A stretch of DNA of 64,000 nucleotides from an uncultured Rikenellaceae bacterium (lineage in GTDB: Bacteria > Bacteroidota > Bacteroidia > Bacteroidales > VadinHA17): contig CAZWZQ010000004.1 of the NCBI GenBank assembly GCA_964638955.1, positions 32,371 through 96,370 of the forward strand, read 5' to 3'. How positions within the stretch are numbered: position 1 is the first letter of the stretch; each line of letters opens with the position of its first letter. Under the pieces are notes generated by a model. The model did no database searches, had not been told where the DNA came from, and saw only the letters and a list, made by a program, of their open reading frames with translations. This document shows, one piece after another, positions 1 through 8,344 of the stretch. The position numbers were made by a program, and so were the translations under genes.

Positions 1-1100
1 TCAAATTTGCGCAAGGTTTCAAAAGGTTCCAGCAAAGCAAACAGGAAAGCCATCTGTGCAGCCCTGGTACCGATGACATAAGCGCCGATCCTGTTCAGAC
101 TTGCATCGAAAAAATCGAGACCCATATTCACCCTTCCAAGAGCTTTAGCACGGACTATTTCCTGGGCAATGAGTAAAAGGTCATCATTGAAAGTAACAAC
201 ATGGTCACTGTCCCAACGGACACCCCTGGTAAGATGAAGCAGTAATTCATCGATATAAAGCAGTATTGAAGATATCTTGTCTCCTACCTGCTCTGTCGGA
301 TGAAAATGGCCATTATCGAGAGTGATCATTGTATTGTTTTTTATCGCATATCCGAGATAAAAATCATGAGAACCAACGACCATTGACTCTGAACCGATCC
401 CGAACAGTTTACTTTCAATTGAATCCTTAAGATATTTCTTTGGATATTTGACTGAGAATATTTCATCGAGCGATTTTTTCAGAAGCTTCCGGAGTGTATA
501 TCTGTCAACCGGAGTATCTTTTGAACCATCGGGGATCCATATATTATGTACTGCCGGTGTTCCGAGCTGTTTACCCATCTCAGCTGCAATCATGCGGCAT
601 CTTTTTGTATGTTCAATCCAGAATTTCCTTATTTTAGGATTCTTGCTTGAGAGTGTAAATCCGTTATCTGCCAGTGGATGTGAGAAGCAGGTACAGTTAA
701 AATCAAGACCTATTTTGCGTTTTTTTGCCCAGTTGATCCATCCCTGGAAATGTTTCACTTCAATCTGATCACGATCCACCGGTTTCCCTCCGAACTCACC
801 ATAGATAGCGTGAAGGTTCAGCCTTTGATTGCCCGGCAGCAGCGACATGACCTTATCCAGATCATCCCTCATTTGCTTTATTGTCTTTGCTTTACCAGGA
901 AAGTTACCCGTTGCCTGAATTCCTCCTCCTCCCAGCTCGGCTCCCTCCTTCTCAAAACCGCCGACATCGTCAGTTTGCCAGCAATGAAGGCTTATTACTA
1001 TATTTTCCATCTCCTGCAGGACTTCCCTTGTGTCAATTCCTAACTTTGCATATTGCTGTTTAGCAAGTTGATAGGTTTTAACAATAACATCTTTTTCCAT
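1..1100 (-). CDS. rhaA: L-rhamnose isomerase; the C-terminus runs off the left edge of the window
   Basis: My own minus-strand translation from the ATG at 1100-1098 gives MEKDVIVKTYQLAKQQYAKLGIDTREVLQEMENIVISLHCWQTDDVGGFEKEGAELGGGGIQATGNFPGKA...FHPTEQV... The frame stays open to position 1, so it has no stop in the window and is absent from the ORF track. The HCWQxDDVxGFE region and overall similarity fit RhaA. It is clustered with rhaT, the rhaM remnant and the GH78 gene. Confidence 0.85.
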   Translation of the reverse strand, partial: MEKDVIVKTYQLAKQQYAKLGIDTREVLQEMENIVISLHCWQTDDVGGFEKEGAELGGGGIQATGNFPGKAKTIKQMRDDLDKVMSLLPGNQRLNLHAIYGEFGGKPVDRDQIEVKHFQGWINWAKKRKIGLDFNCTCFSHPLADNGFTLSSKNPKIRKFWIEHTKRCRMIAAEMGKQLGTPAVHNIWIPDGSKDTPVDRYTLRKLLKKSLDEIFSVKYPKKYLKDSIESKLFGIGSESMVVGSHDFYLGYAIKNNTMITLDNGHFHPTEQVGDKISSILLYIDELLLHLTRGVRWDSDHVVTFNDDLLLIAQEIVRAKALGRVNMGLDFFDASLNRIGAYVIGTRAAQMAFLFALLEPFETLRKF

Positions 1101-1173
1101 TATATAATAATTTATTTTATGACTATCGTGAATGAATAATAATAGTTAAATAATAATTTTACCTATTTCATGT

Positions 1174-1267
1174 ACTCATCCCCCCTGCCCCCTTCTCTTG
1201 CAAGCAAAAGAAGGGGGAGTAAAACGATTTGCCCCTCTTTGCGAAGCAGAGAGGGGTTGGGGTGAGT
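1174..1267. repeat. GC-rich nested palindromic element: an outer stem encloses two hairpins
   Basis: The outer arms are ACTCAtCCCC (1174-1183) and GGGGTGAGT (1259-1267). Inner hairpin 1 is CCCCCTTCT-12 nt-AGAAGGGGG. Inner hairpin 2 is CCCCTCT-ttgcgaagcag-AGAGGGG. The element is a compositional outlier inside an AT-rich 340-bp gap between the rhaM remnant and rhaA. Confidence 0.6.
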
Positions 1268-1441
1268 TCATGTGATTATGTAATTGACATTTAATAACTT
1301 AAAATAGTTTATCATTAAAAGCCGATACTCATAATTTATTTTAATGGTATGATGTAACCTCCATATAGTTCATTATTATACTATTGTGTTTGCGGATGTT
1401 AATACATGGAGGTTTCATGTTAATTATTTATTTTCTATATT

Positions 1442-1658
1442 TTATTCCATGTAAAATAGCTGCTCCAGGGGAACTGTTACCGGTGAATTATCCGGATTGG
1501 TCTCCATAATATCTGCCATGTGCTTCCACCATCGCTGTACTATTTCCTTCATCTTTTAACAATTTTACCAGTTCGGGCCATATCTCGTTGTGTCGTTTCA
1601 GGTACTCCTCCTTAAAGCCCTGATATAATTTCATTTTGAAACCAAAACGCCATGTCAT
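1442..1658 (-). pseudogene. rhaM: L-rhamnose mutarotase remnant with an internal deletion of about 100 bp and a frameshift
   Basis: Frame 1 from the ATG at 1658 reads [40 protein letters not shown]..., then goes out of frame and stops after 56 codons. The +1 frame continues as ..[32 protein letters not shown], with its stop at 1442-1444. These two pieces match the N- and C-terminal thirds of E. coli RhaM/YiiL (..EEYQRRHNPIWPELEAVLK.. and ..[21 protein letters not shown]..). The central ~33 residues are missing. Confidence 0.8.
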
Positions 1659-1668
1659 CTATATCTGA

Positions 1669-2718
1669 TTAACCCAGTTTAACAATAAACGTTGACAGAA
1701 TAAGTACAATAATTCCAATAATCAGAACGATTATAGTTTTTCTTCCGACTCCCTTCCATTCTTTTAATATTATCCCCCAGATATTACTGATTGCAATGTT
1801 TAGTGCCATCAGTATGCTCCAGCCGAAAACTGCCATACCGTCCGGAAGTTTGCTTGATCCCATTCCGAAGAAATGGAACTGAAGGAACCATAACAGTCCT
1901 GCCAGAAATGTGAAAAAAAGATTATTGAGTAAAAGGCTGCCGGATACTGTATAGTAGTCCTTGTAAGTTTTATTCCTGATGTTTAAATATCCGCAATAGA
2001 ACAGGTTGGTGAGGAATCCTCCAAGGAGAATAAAAATGAGCGAAGGGTTTTTCTGGAACAAAGGATTTGTTCCATGTGACAAAGCAACCTCTTCAATAGG
2101 CTTGCCTGCTTCAAATCCGAAGTTGAAGCAAGCGCTCATGATCCCTGCAAATATGGCTATCAGGATACCTTTCTTAAGTGCAAATTCCTTCACGGCTGCT
2201 TTCTTCTCTTCCTCGGTCATCTCTCTGCTTTTCAAAGATCCGGCATAGCCGATTATAATAATGCCTGCCACAGTTATTGCCACTCCAATGACAGTGAGTA
2301 TTCCTCCTGTTGTTGAAAAGAGGTTCTGTCCAGCAATGATGGGAGGCAGTAATGTGCCAAAAGCAGCACAAAGACCCAATGCAATGGACTGTCCAAGGGC
2401 CACACCAAGGTATCGCAGGCTGAGTCCGAATGTAAGTCCGCCGAATCCCCAGAGGATGCCGAAGAATGCTGCCATAAGCTTAGCAGAAACCGGTGATTCA
2501 TTTATAATAGGAATAAGCTCTCCCCGGGGGATGAAAATGAGTGCAAAGAGCCATGGAATGACGAGCCAGGCAAAAACACCCTGGCTCAGCCAGTATGATT
2601 CCCACGCCCATTCCCTGACCTTTTTAAACGGGACATAAAAACTTGCAGCTCCAATACTGCCGATTGCAATTAATAAAATACCTATGATCGGCTCCATTTT
2701 TTTCTGTTTGTTTTGCAA
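1669..2718 (-). CDS. rhaT: L-rhamnose/H+ symporter
   Basis: 349-aa polytopic membrane protein. The N-terminus, ..IGSIGAASFYVPFKKVREWAWESYW.., parallels E. coli RhaT (..[25 protein letters not shown]..). It lies in the rhamnose cluster. Confidence 0.85.
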   Translation of the reverse strand: MQNKQKKMEPIIGILLIAIGSIGAASFYVPFKKVREWAWESYWLSQGVFAWLVIPWLFALIFIPRGELIPIINESPVSAKLMAAFFGILWGFGGLTFGLSLRYLGVALGQSIALGLCAAFGTLLPPIIAGQNLFSTTGGILTVIGVAITVAGIIIIGYAGSLKSREMTEEEKKAAVKEFALKKGILIAIFAGIMSACFNFGFEAGKPIEEVALSHGTNPLFQKNPSLIFILLGGFLTNLFYCGYLNIRNKTYKDYYTVSGSLLLNNLFFTFLAGLLWFLQFHFFGMGSSKLPDGMAVFGWSILMALNIAISNIWGIILKEWKGVGRKTIIVLIIGIIVLILSTFIVKLG

Positions 2719-2811
2719 TTTATAAACTTTAAGGCAGGATTTGACGGTATATCTGTTTTTTTATTCGCACATTTTTAATAATCTTGAACTTTAATCCAAA
2801 TATTCTTTATC

Positions 2812-5541
2812 ATGAAAACAATTCACCTATCCATCATGCTGTTTCTTATGTCAGCAGTCATCTATTCACAGGATTTGAAAGTCAGAGATGTGACTGTAGA
2901 ATACAAAAAGAATCCAACAGGCATTGATACCCGGAAACCAAGATTCTCATGGAAGATCACCGGCACAGGCACCGGTATAATGCAAACTGCATATTCTATC
3001 AGGGTGGCAACAGATCAGAAATTTCCAAAAAGTAAGATGATCTGGCAATCGGGGAAAAGAGGTTCGGATGAATCAGTTCTGATTGAATACAATGGTCCCG
3101 CTTTAAAATCAGGACAGAAATATTTCTGGCAGGTAAAGGTGTGGGACAACAAAAAGAGGCAATCGAAATGGAGCGAAACCGCATACTGGGAAACGGGATT
3201 ACTTTCCCCTTCGGACTGGAAAGCAAAATGGATAGAAATGCAGGGTGATACGCTACGCTATGCTCCGTCGCCGCATTTCCGTAAAGAGTTTTCAGTTACA
3301 AAACCTGTAGCAAAAGCAACAGTATATGTAACATCACACGGTCTGTATGAACTTCATCTTAACGGTAAAAAGGTTGGCGATCAAGTACTTACGCCAGGAT
3401 GGACATCATATGGTAAAAGGCTTCAGTACCAGGTATTTGATGTTACAAATCAGGTTACAAGAGGGAAGAATGCCATTGGGGCCGTTCTTGGCGACGGCTG
3501 GTACCGTGGTACTCTTGGCTGGAGCAATAACTGGTCAATATACGGTAAACGTCTCGGCCTCCTGATGCAGCTAAGGATAATATACGCCGATGGCAGTGAA
3601 GATCTTATAATCACGGATGAAACGTGGGAATGCAATAATGACGGTGCCATAAGGATGAGCGATATTTACAACGGTGAAGAATATGATGCCGGCAAAAAGC
3701 TGACCGGATGGAATCGACCGGATTATAATGACCAATCCTGGGAAAAAGTGAGGACAGGGAATTACAGCAATAACCTGATTGCCTCTGAAAGCGTTCCTGT
3801 CAGGAAGATAGAAGAGATCAAACCGGTTAAGATCTTTACAACGCCTAAAGGAAGTCTGGTGGCTGATATGGGACAAAATATGGTTGGATGGATAAGACTT
3901 AAAGTTACAGGACCAAAAGGTACTGTTATAACAGTGCGCCATGCAGAGGTTCTCGACAAGTATGGTGAGTTTTATACTGAGAATTTACGATCAGCAAAAG
4001 CTCAGTTTAACTATACACTTTCAGGGGCAGGTGAAGAGATATATGAACCCCGTTTTACTTTCTTTGGATTCAGATTCATAGAGGTTACAGGTTTTCCCGG
4101 TATTCTTTCGGCTGATAATATAACAGGTGTTGTTGTACATTCAGATATGAGGCCGACAGGTATATTTGAATGTTCTAATCCCTTGTTGAACCAGCTTCAG
4201 CATAATATAAAATGGGGTCAGAAAGGGAATTTTGTGGATGTGCCTACCGATTGTCCTCAGAGAGATGAACGCCTCGGATGGACAGGTGATGCCCAGGCAT
4301 TCAGCAGAACTGCCGCATTTAACCATAATGTTGCACCTTTCTTTACCAAATGGCTCAAGGATGTTGCTCTTGATCAGAAACCGGGTGGTGAAATTCCTGA
4401 TGTCATACCGGATGTGCTAAACAGGCAGGATGCAAAAACAGCCAGTCCTTCAGCAGGATGGGGCGATGTGGCAGTTATCGTTCCCTGGACAATGTACACG
4501 GTTTACGGCGACAGGCATCTGCTTGAAGTGCAATATCCCAGTATGAAGGCATGGGTCGAATACATCAGGAATAGAGCGGGCGAAGATTATATCTGGAACG
4601 GAGGCAGCAAATACGGTGACTGGCTATTCTATCATCCGCCCGTAAATAATCACTCGGAACCTGACGGCCATACCGACCATGATTTTATAGCAACAGCCTT
4701 CTATGCATATTCAACATCCCTCCTTGCTGATGCAGCAAAGGAACTTGGCAAAACAGATGACGAAAAGTACTACAGAGAGCTCTTCAATAAGATCAAAACA
4801 GTCTTCATTAATGAATATGTGACACCAGCAGGTCGTGTCGGGACCAATTCACAGACCTCATACGTGCTTGCCATTATGTTTGATCTTCTGCCTGAAAACC
4901 TCAGGGAGAAAGCAGCACAATTCCTTGTTGATGACATAAAAAGCCGAAGGAACCATCTTTCAACCGGTTTCCTGGGAACGCCTTTTCTGTGTTATGTGCT
5001 TACTCAAACCGGTCATTCTGATGTGGCCTATGATCTTCTTCTTCAGGAAACATACCCGTCGTGGCTATATCCTGTAAGAATGGGAGCCACAACAATCTGG
5101 GAACGGTGGGACGGTCAGAAGACCGACAGTACCTTCCAGGATGCCGGAATGAACTCGTTCAACCATTATGCTTACGGAGCAATAGGCGACTGGATGTACA
5201 GGGTGTCAGCAGGATTAGATGCAAAATCACCGGGTTATAAAAAGTTACTTATTAAACCTTATATTTCAGACAAGCTTACTTATGCAAAAGCCACATTTGA
5301 AAGTCTTTACGGCACTGTCGTCTCAGGATGGGAAAGAAAAGAAGGAAAAATAATTGTAAAAGTGATAATCCCTGCAAATACGACGGCAGAGATACTGCTT
5401 CCTGAAGGTGATCCTGAACAAATATCTGAAAGCGGAACAGCAGTAATGGGAAACAGGAAACTTTTATCAGTAGGTAAAGAAAATGGCAGGACGGCTATAA
5501 CAGCAGGATCTGGAGAGTATTTATTTGAGTTTGCGGAATAG
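2812..5541 (+). CDS. alpha-L-rhamnosidase, glycoside hydrolase family 78, secreted
   Basis: 909 aa with an N-terminal signal peptide. It has the GH78 hallmark ..DVPTDCPQRDERLGWTGDAQAF.. and a size typical of the family. It is divergent from rhaT. Confidence 0.9.
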   Translation: MKTIHLSIMLFLMSAVIYSQDLKVRDVTVEYKKNPTGIDTRKPRFSWKITGTGTGIMQTAYSIRVATDQKFPKSKMIWQSGKRGSDESVLIEYNGPALKSGQKYFWQVKVWDNKKRQSKWSETAYWETGLLSPSDWKAKWIEMQGDTLRYAPSPHFRKEFSVTKPVAKATVYVTSHGLYELHLNGKKVGDQVLTPGWTSYGKRLQYQVFDVTNQVTRGKNAIGAVLGDGWYRGTLGWSNNWSIYGKRLGLLMQLRIIYADGSEDLIITDETWECNNDGAIRMSDIYNGEEYDAGKKLTGWNRPDYNDQSWEKVRTGNYSNNLIASESVPVRKIEEIKPVKIFTTPKGSLVADMGQNMVGWIRLKVTGPKGTVITVRHAEVLDKYGEFYTENLRSAKAQFNYTLSGAGEEIYEPRFTFFGFRFIEVTGFPGILSADNITGVVVHSDMRPTGIFECSNPLLNQLQHNIKWGQKGNFVDVPTDCPQRDERLGWTGDAQAFSRTAAFNHNVAPFFTKWLKDVALDQKPGGEIPDVIPDVLNRQDAKTASPSAGWGDVAVIVPWTMYTVYGDRHLLEVQYPSMKAWVEYIRNRAGEDYIWNGGSKYGDWLFYHPPVNNHSEPDGHTDHDFIATAFYAYSTSLLADAAKELGKTDDEKYYRELFNKIKTVFINEYVTPAGRVGTNSQTSYVLAIMFDLLPENLREKAAQFLVDDIKSRRNHLSTGFLGTPFLCYVLTQTGHSDVAYDLLLQETYPSWLYPVRMGATTIWERWDGQKTDSTFQDAGMNSFNHYAYGAIGDWMYRVSAGLDAKSPGYKKLLIKPYISDKLTYAKATFESLYGTVVSGWERKEGKIIVKVIIPANTTAEILLPEGDPEQISESGTAVMGNRKLLSVGKENGRTAITAGSGEYLFEFAE

Positions 5542-6444
5542 ATGGAGTTTTTCAGAGATCATTACGGTGAGTTTGCCGCTCTTTTGACTGCTTTCTTCTG
5601 GACTATAACTGCTCTTGCTTTCGAATCGGCCAGCAGGAAATTGGGCTCTATTGCAGTAAATCTACTGCGGCTTATTCTGGGTTTCATTTTCGTGAGCATA
5701 TTTGTCCTGATCTACAGGGGTATGATTTTCCCGGTTGATGCAGGACCTCAAAACTGGTTATGGCTTTTACTTTCGGGACTCATAGGTTTTGTTTTCGGCG
5801 ATCTGTTTCTTTTTAAATCATTCACAATCATCGGATCAAGATTTGCCATGCTCATTATGACTCTGGTCCCTCCCATCACTGCATTTTTCGGGTGGCTGAT
5901 AATGGATGAACATCTTGAACTCATTCATTATATTGGCATGACACTCACATTTTCGGGTATTGCTCTTGCTATTTTCAGCCGTCCGGCCAAAGGTGAAAAG
6001 TTATCACTGAAACTTGCACCACTGGGTATTTTATATGCACTGGTAGGCGCTGTGGGCCAGGCCCTTGGATTAGTATTAAGCAAGAAGGGAGTGAAGGATT
6101 ATGATCCTTTCGCTGCTACTCAAATACGAGTCATGGCAGGAATGGCAGGCTTTGCGGTACTTGTAACTGTTATGGGGAGGTGGAAAAACATCAGGACAGC
6201 TTTAACAAACAGGCAGGGAATGAAAGCACTTACCCTTGGATCTTTTTTCGGACCATTTCTCGGGGTGTCATTTTCACTGGTAGCAGTAAAATTCACCGAA
6301 GCAGGTATAGCTTCAACACTCATGGCAATGGTTCCAATATTCATAATAGCTCCTGCAGTAGTTCTGTATAAAGAAAAGGTAACAATAGCAGAGATAATCG
6401 GAGCTATAGTAAGTGTGGGAGGCGTAGCGTTATTCTTCATGTAA
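5542..6444 (+). CDS. EamA/DMT-superfamily transporter
   Basis: 300 aa with about 10 predicted TM helices arranged as a two-fold EamA-like repeat. Its start codon directly abuts the GH78 stop (TAG-ATG). Confidence 0.7.
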   Translation: MEFFRDHYGEFAALLTAFFWTITALAFESASRKLGSIAVNLLRLILGFIFVSIFVLIYRGMIFPVDAGPQNWLWLLLSGLIGFVFGDLFLFKSFTIIGSRFAMLIMTLVPPITAFFGWLIMDEHLELIHYIGMTLTFSGIALAIFSRPAKGEKLSLKLAPLGILYALVGAVGQALGLVLSKKGVKDYDPFAATQIRVMAGMAGFAVLVTVMGRWKNIRTALTNRQGMKALTLGSFFGPFLGVSFSLVAVKFTEAGIASTLMAMVPIFIIAPAVVLYKEKVTIAEIIGAIVSVGGVALFFM

Positions 6445-6455
6445 AATCAACTTTT

Positions 6456-6884
6456 ATGAAACCTGAAGAGTTGCAGGAGAGAATTCCGGAAAGTGAACTG
6501 AGATTTTCATCATCGAGGAGCAGGGGTCCGGGCGGACAGAATGTGAATAAAGTGAACACAAGGGTTGAATTAAGGTTCAATGTAAAAAGATCATCAGTAT
6601 TATCTGATCACGAAAAAGAACTAATTCTCACAAGTTTAAAAAACAGAATTAATACTGAAGGAGAGCTGCTGATTGCATCCCAGGCGGAAAGGACCCAGCT
6701 TCTCAATAAAAGAAAAGCTACAGCACGGTTTTATAAGCTCATTTTAACTGCACTTAAGGAAAAACCGAAACGTATTGCTACACATCCCACGAAAGCATCT
6801 GATACAGAGCGTCTGGAAAAGAAAAAAAAGCGAAGTACAATTAAAAAACTAAGGAAAGATACCGGAATAAATGACGATGCGTAA
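6456..6884 (+). CDS. arfB: alternative ribosome-rescue factor ArfB (peptidyl-tRNA hydrolase with a GGQ domain)
   Basis: 142 aa. It has the GGQ motif ..SRGPGGQNVNKVNTRVELRF.. and a Lys/Arg-rich C-terminal tail, which is the ArfB/YaeJ architecture. Confidence 0.85.
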   Translation: MKPEELQERIPESELRFSSSRSRGPGGQNVNKVNTRVELRFNVKRSSVLSDHEKELILTSLKNRINTEGELLIASQAERTQLLNKRKATARFYKLILTALKEKPKRIATHPTKASDTERLEKKKKRSTIKKLRKDTGINDDA

Positions 6885-7042
6885 AATGCTATATGACAGC
6901 ACATTATGACATTCTGCATTAAACCGGAATAATATTGCTGTTAAAAAAATACCAATAGTGTTAATATTTCTGATACTCAGGTGATACAATGTATTTACAT
7001 TATATATACTTTCGCACCAATTATTTTTTAAATAGTATTAAT

Positions 7043-7244
7043 TTAAAACCACACTATCTCAAAAAGAACCCGATGATCTTTATCATCGCCAGCTATGAAC
7101 GCTAACAATAATGAGGCTACGGCACTCCGTTGTGAGAGCCGCCTCGTGGGTAGTTCTTCTGATGAAGAACCTGGCGCGAAAACCATGATATTTTCGCAAA
7201 ACGAGACCCTAAACAAGTTAGTTAGCAACCGAAGTTCGGAGTTC
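7043..7244 (+). promoter_or_regulatory. GC-rich, highly structured 5' leader or candidate cis-regulatory RNA upstream of kamA; class unknown
   Basis: Four clean hairpins lie within about 130 nt. (1) CGATGAT-cttt-ATCATCG at 7071-7088. (2) GAGGC-uac-GGCaCTC-cgttgt-GAGaGCC-GCCTC at 7113-7145. (3) GTTCTTC-tgat-GAAGAAC at 7153-7170. (4) GCGAAAA-ccatgata-TTTTCGC at 7176-7197. The region is clearly GC-richer than the flanking AT-rich intergenic DNA. Confidence 0.45.
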
Positions 7245-8336
7245 ATGCACCGCTACTTCCCCCTAACAACTATCGACTCCTGGAATGATTGGAAATGGCA
7301 GATGCGCAATGCTATAACAAGTATTGACGAGCTAAAAAAAATCATGAGATTATCTGAGAAGGAAATTATGGCCATTAATAACCTGAAAGGCCGCCTTCCT
7401 ATGAGGATAACTCCATATTTTGCTACGCTGATTTACAATACCGGTTATTCACACCCATTGCGGCGCAATGTAATTCCGGTTGTTGAAGAGCTTATTCAGC
7501 ACAGCAATGAGCAGTCAGATCCTTTGCATGAGAAATCCTTTTCTCCAGTAAAGGGAATAGTACACAGATACCCTGACAGGGTACTTTTCACTGTTACCCA
7601 GGTTTGTTCCAGCTATTGCAGATACTGCACCCGTTCACATTCAGTCGGAAAACTTGACAAACTCGGGAAACAGGATTTCGAGAAAGCCTTTTATTATATT
7701 GCATCACACAAGGAGATACGTGACGTGCTTATCAGTGGTGGTGATCCGCTTACATTAAGTGATGCTCTGCTTGAATATATTGTATCGAACATAAGAAGCA
7801 TTCCGCATGTAGAGATCATACGTATCGGCACCAGGATTCCTGTTGTGATGCCACAGAGAATTACCGATAATCTGATCAGCATGCTCAGAAAATATCACCC
7901 GCTTTACTTCAGTCTTCATTTTTCTCATCCTACTGAAGTAACAGAGGAATGTGCAAAAGCATGCAACAAACTTGCAGATGCAGGATTTCCCCTTGGAAGC
8001 CAGACAGTTCTTCTGAAGGGCATTAATGATAATGTCACAGTGATGAAGGATCTTATGCATAAACTGCTTAAGATACGAGTAAGACCTTATTATTTATATC
8101 AATGCGACCTTATTCCGGGTTCAGGTCATTTCAGGACAACCGTAAAAAAAGGTCTGGAAATAATTAAGGGATTAAGAGGTTTTACAAGCGGTTACGCTAT
8201 TCCTACTTTTGTTGTTGATGCTCCCGGCGGGGGCGGAAAGATACCGATCATACCAAATTATGTTGTAGAGCATACAAGCGAAAAAATAGTGTTGCGTAAC
8301 TACAAGGGTGTTTTATGCGAATACCCTGAGAAATAA
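7245..8336 (+). CDS. kamA: lysine 2,3-aminomutase family radical-SAM enzyme (KamA/AblA/EpmB-like)
   Basis: It has the CxxxCxxC cluster motif ..VCSSYCRYCTRS.., the ..YYLYQCDLIPGSGHFRT.. motif and ..FVVDAPGGGGKIPI... The ORF track starts at 7095. Alignment to clostridial LAM (M..DWNDWRWQVRN) favours the ATG at 7245 (MHRYFPLTTIDSWNDWKWQMRN), giving 363 aa. Confidence 0.85.
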   Translation: MHRYFPLTTIDSWNDWKWQMRNAITSIDELKKIMRLSEKEIMAINNLKGRLPMRITPYFATLIYNTGYSHPLRRNVIPVVEELIQHSNEQSDPLHEKSFSPVKGIVHRYPDRVLFTVTQVCSSYCRYCTRSHSVGKLDKLGKQDFEKAFYYIASHKEIRDVLISGGDPLTLSDALLEYIVSNIRSIPHVEIIRIGTRIPVVMPQRITDNLISMLRKYHPLYFSLHFSHPTEVTEECAKACNKLADAGFPLGSQTVLLKGINDNVTVMKDLMHKLLKIRVRPYYLYQCDLIPGSGHFRTTVKKGLEIIKGLRGFTSGYAIPTFVVDAPGGGGKIPIIPNYVVEHTSEKIVLRNYKGVLCEYPEK

Positions 8337-8344
8337 TGCTATAA

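Noticed and set aside
448-1063. Three plus-strand ORFs (60-106 aa) in the ORF track
   Set aside because: They lie antisense to a clearly recognisable rhaA reading frame that is open across the whole interval. They have no motifs and an odd composition.
7095-7244. Upstream start giving KamA a 50-aa N-terminal extension (MNANNNEATALRCESRLVGSSSDEEPG...)
   Set aside because: Characterised lysine 2,3-aminomutases begin about 13-15 residues before the DWNDWRWQ motif, which matches the Met at 7245. The extension coincides with a run of perfect hairpins and a GC-content jump, so it is more likely RNA structure than coding sequence.
7043-7244. Known RNA classes for the kamA leader: tmRNA, lysine riboswitch (L-box), T-box, RNase P
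   Set aside because: There is no tRNA-like 3' end and no ..ALAA tag frame. The L-box core motifs are not present in the right arrangement, and only an isolated CCGAAG and GAGAGCC occur. There is no T-box or RNase P consensus. I left it as an unclassified structured leader.
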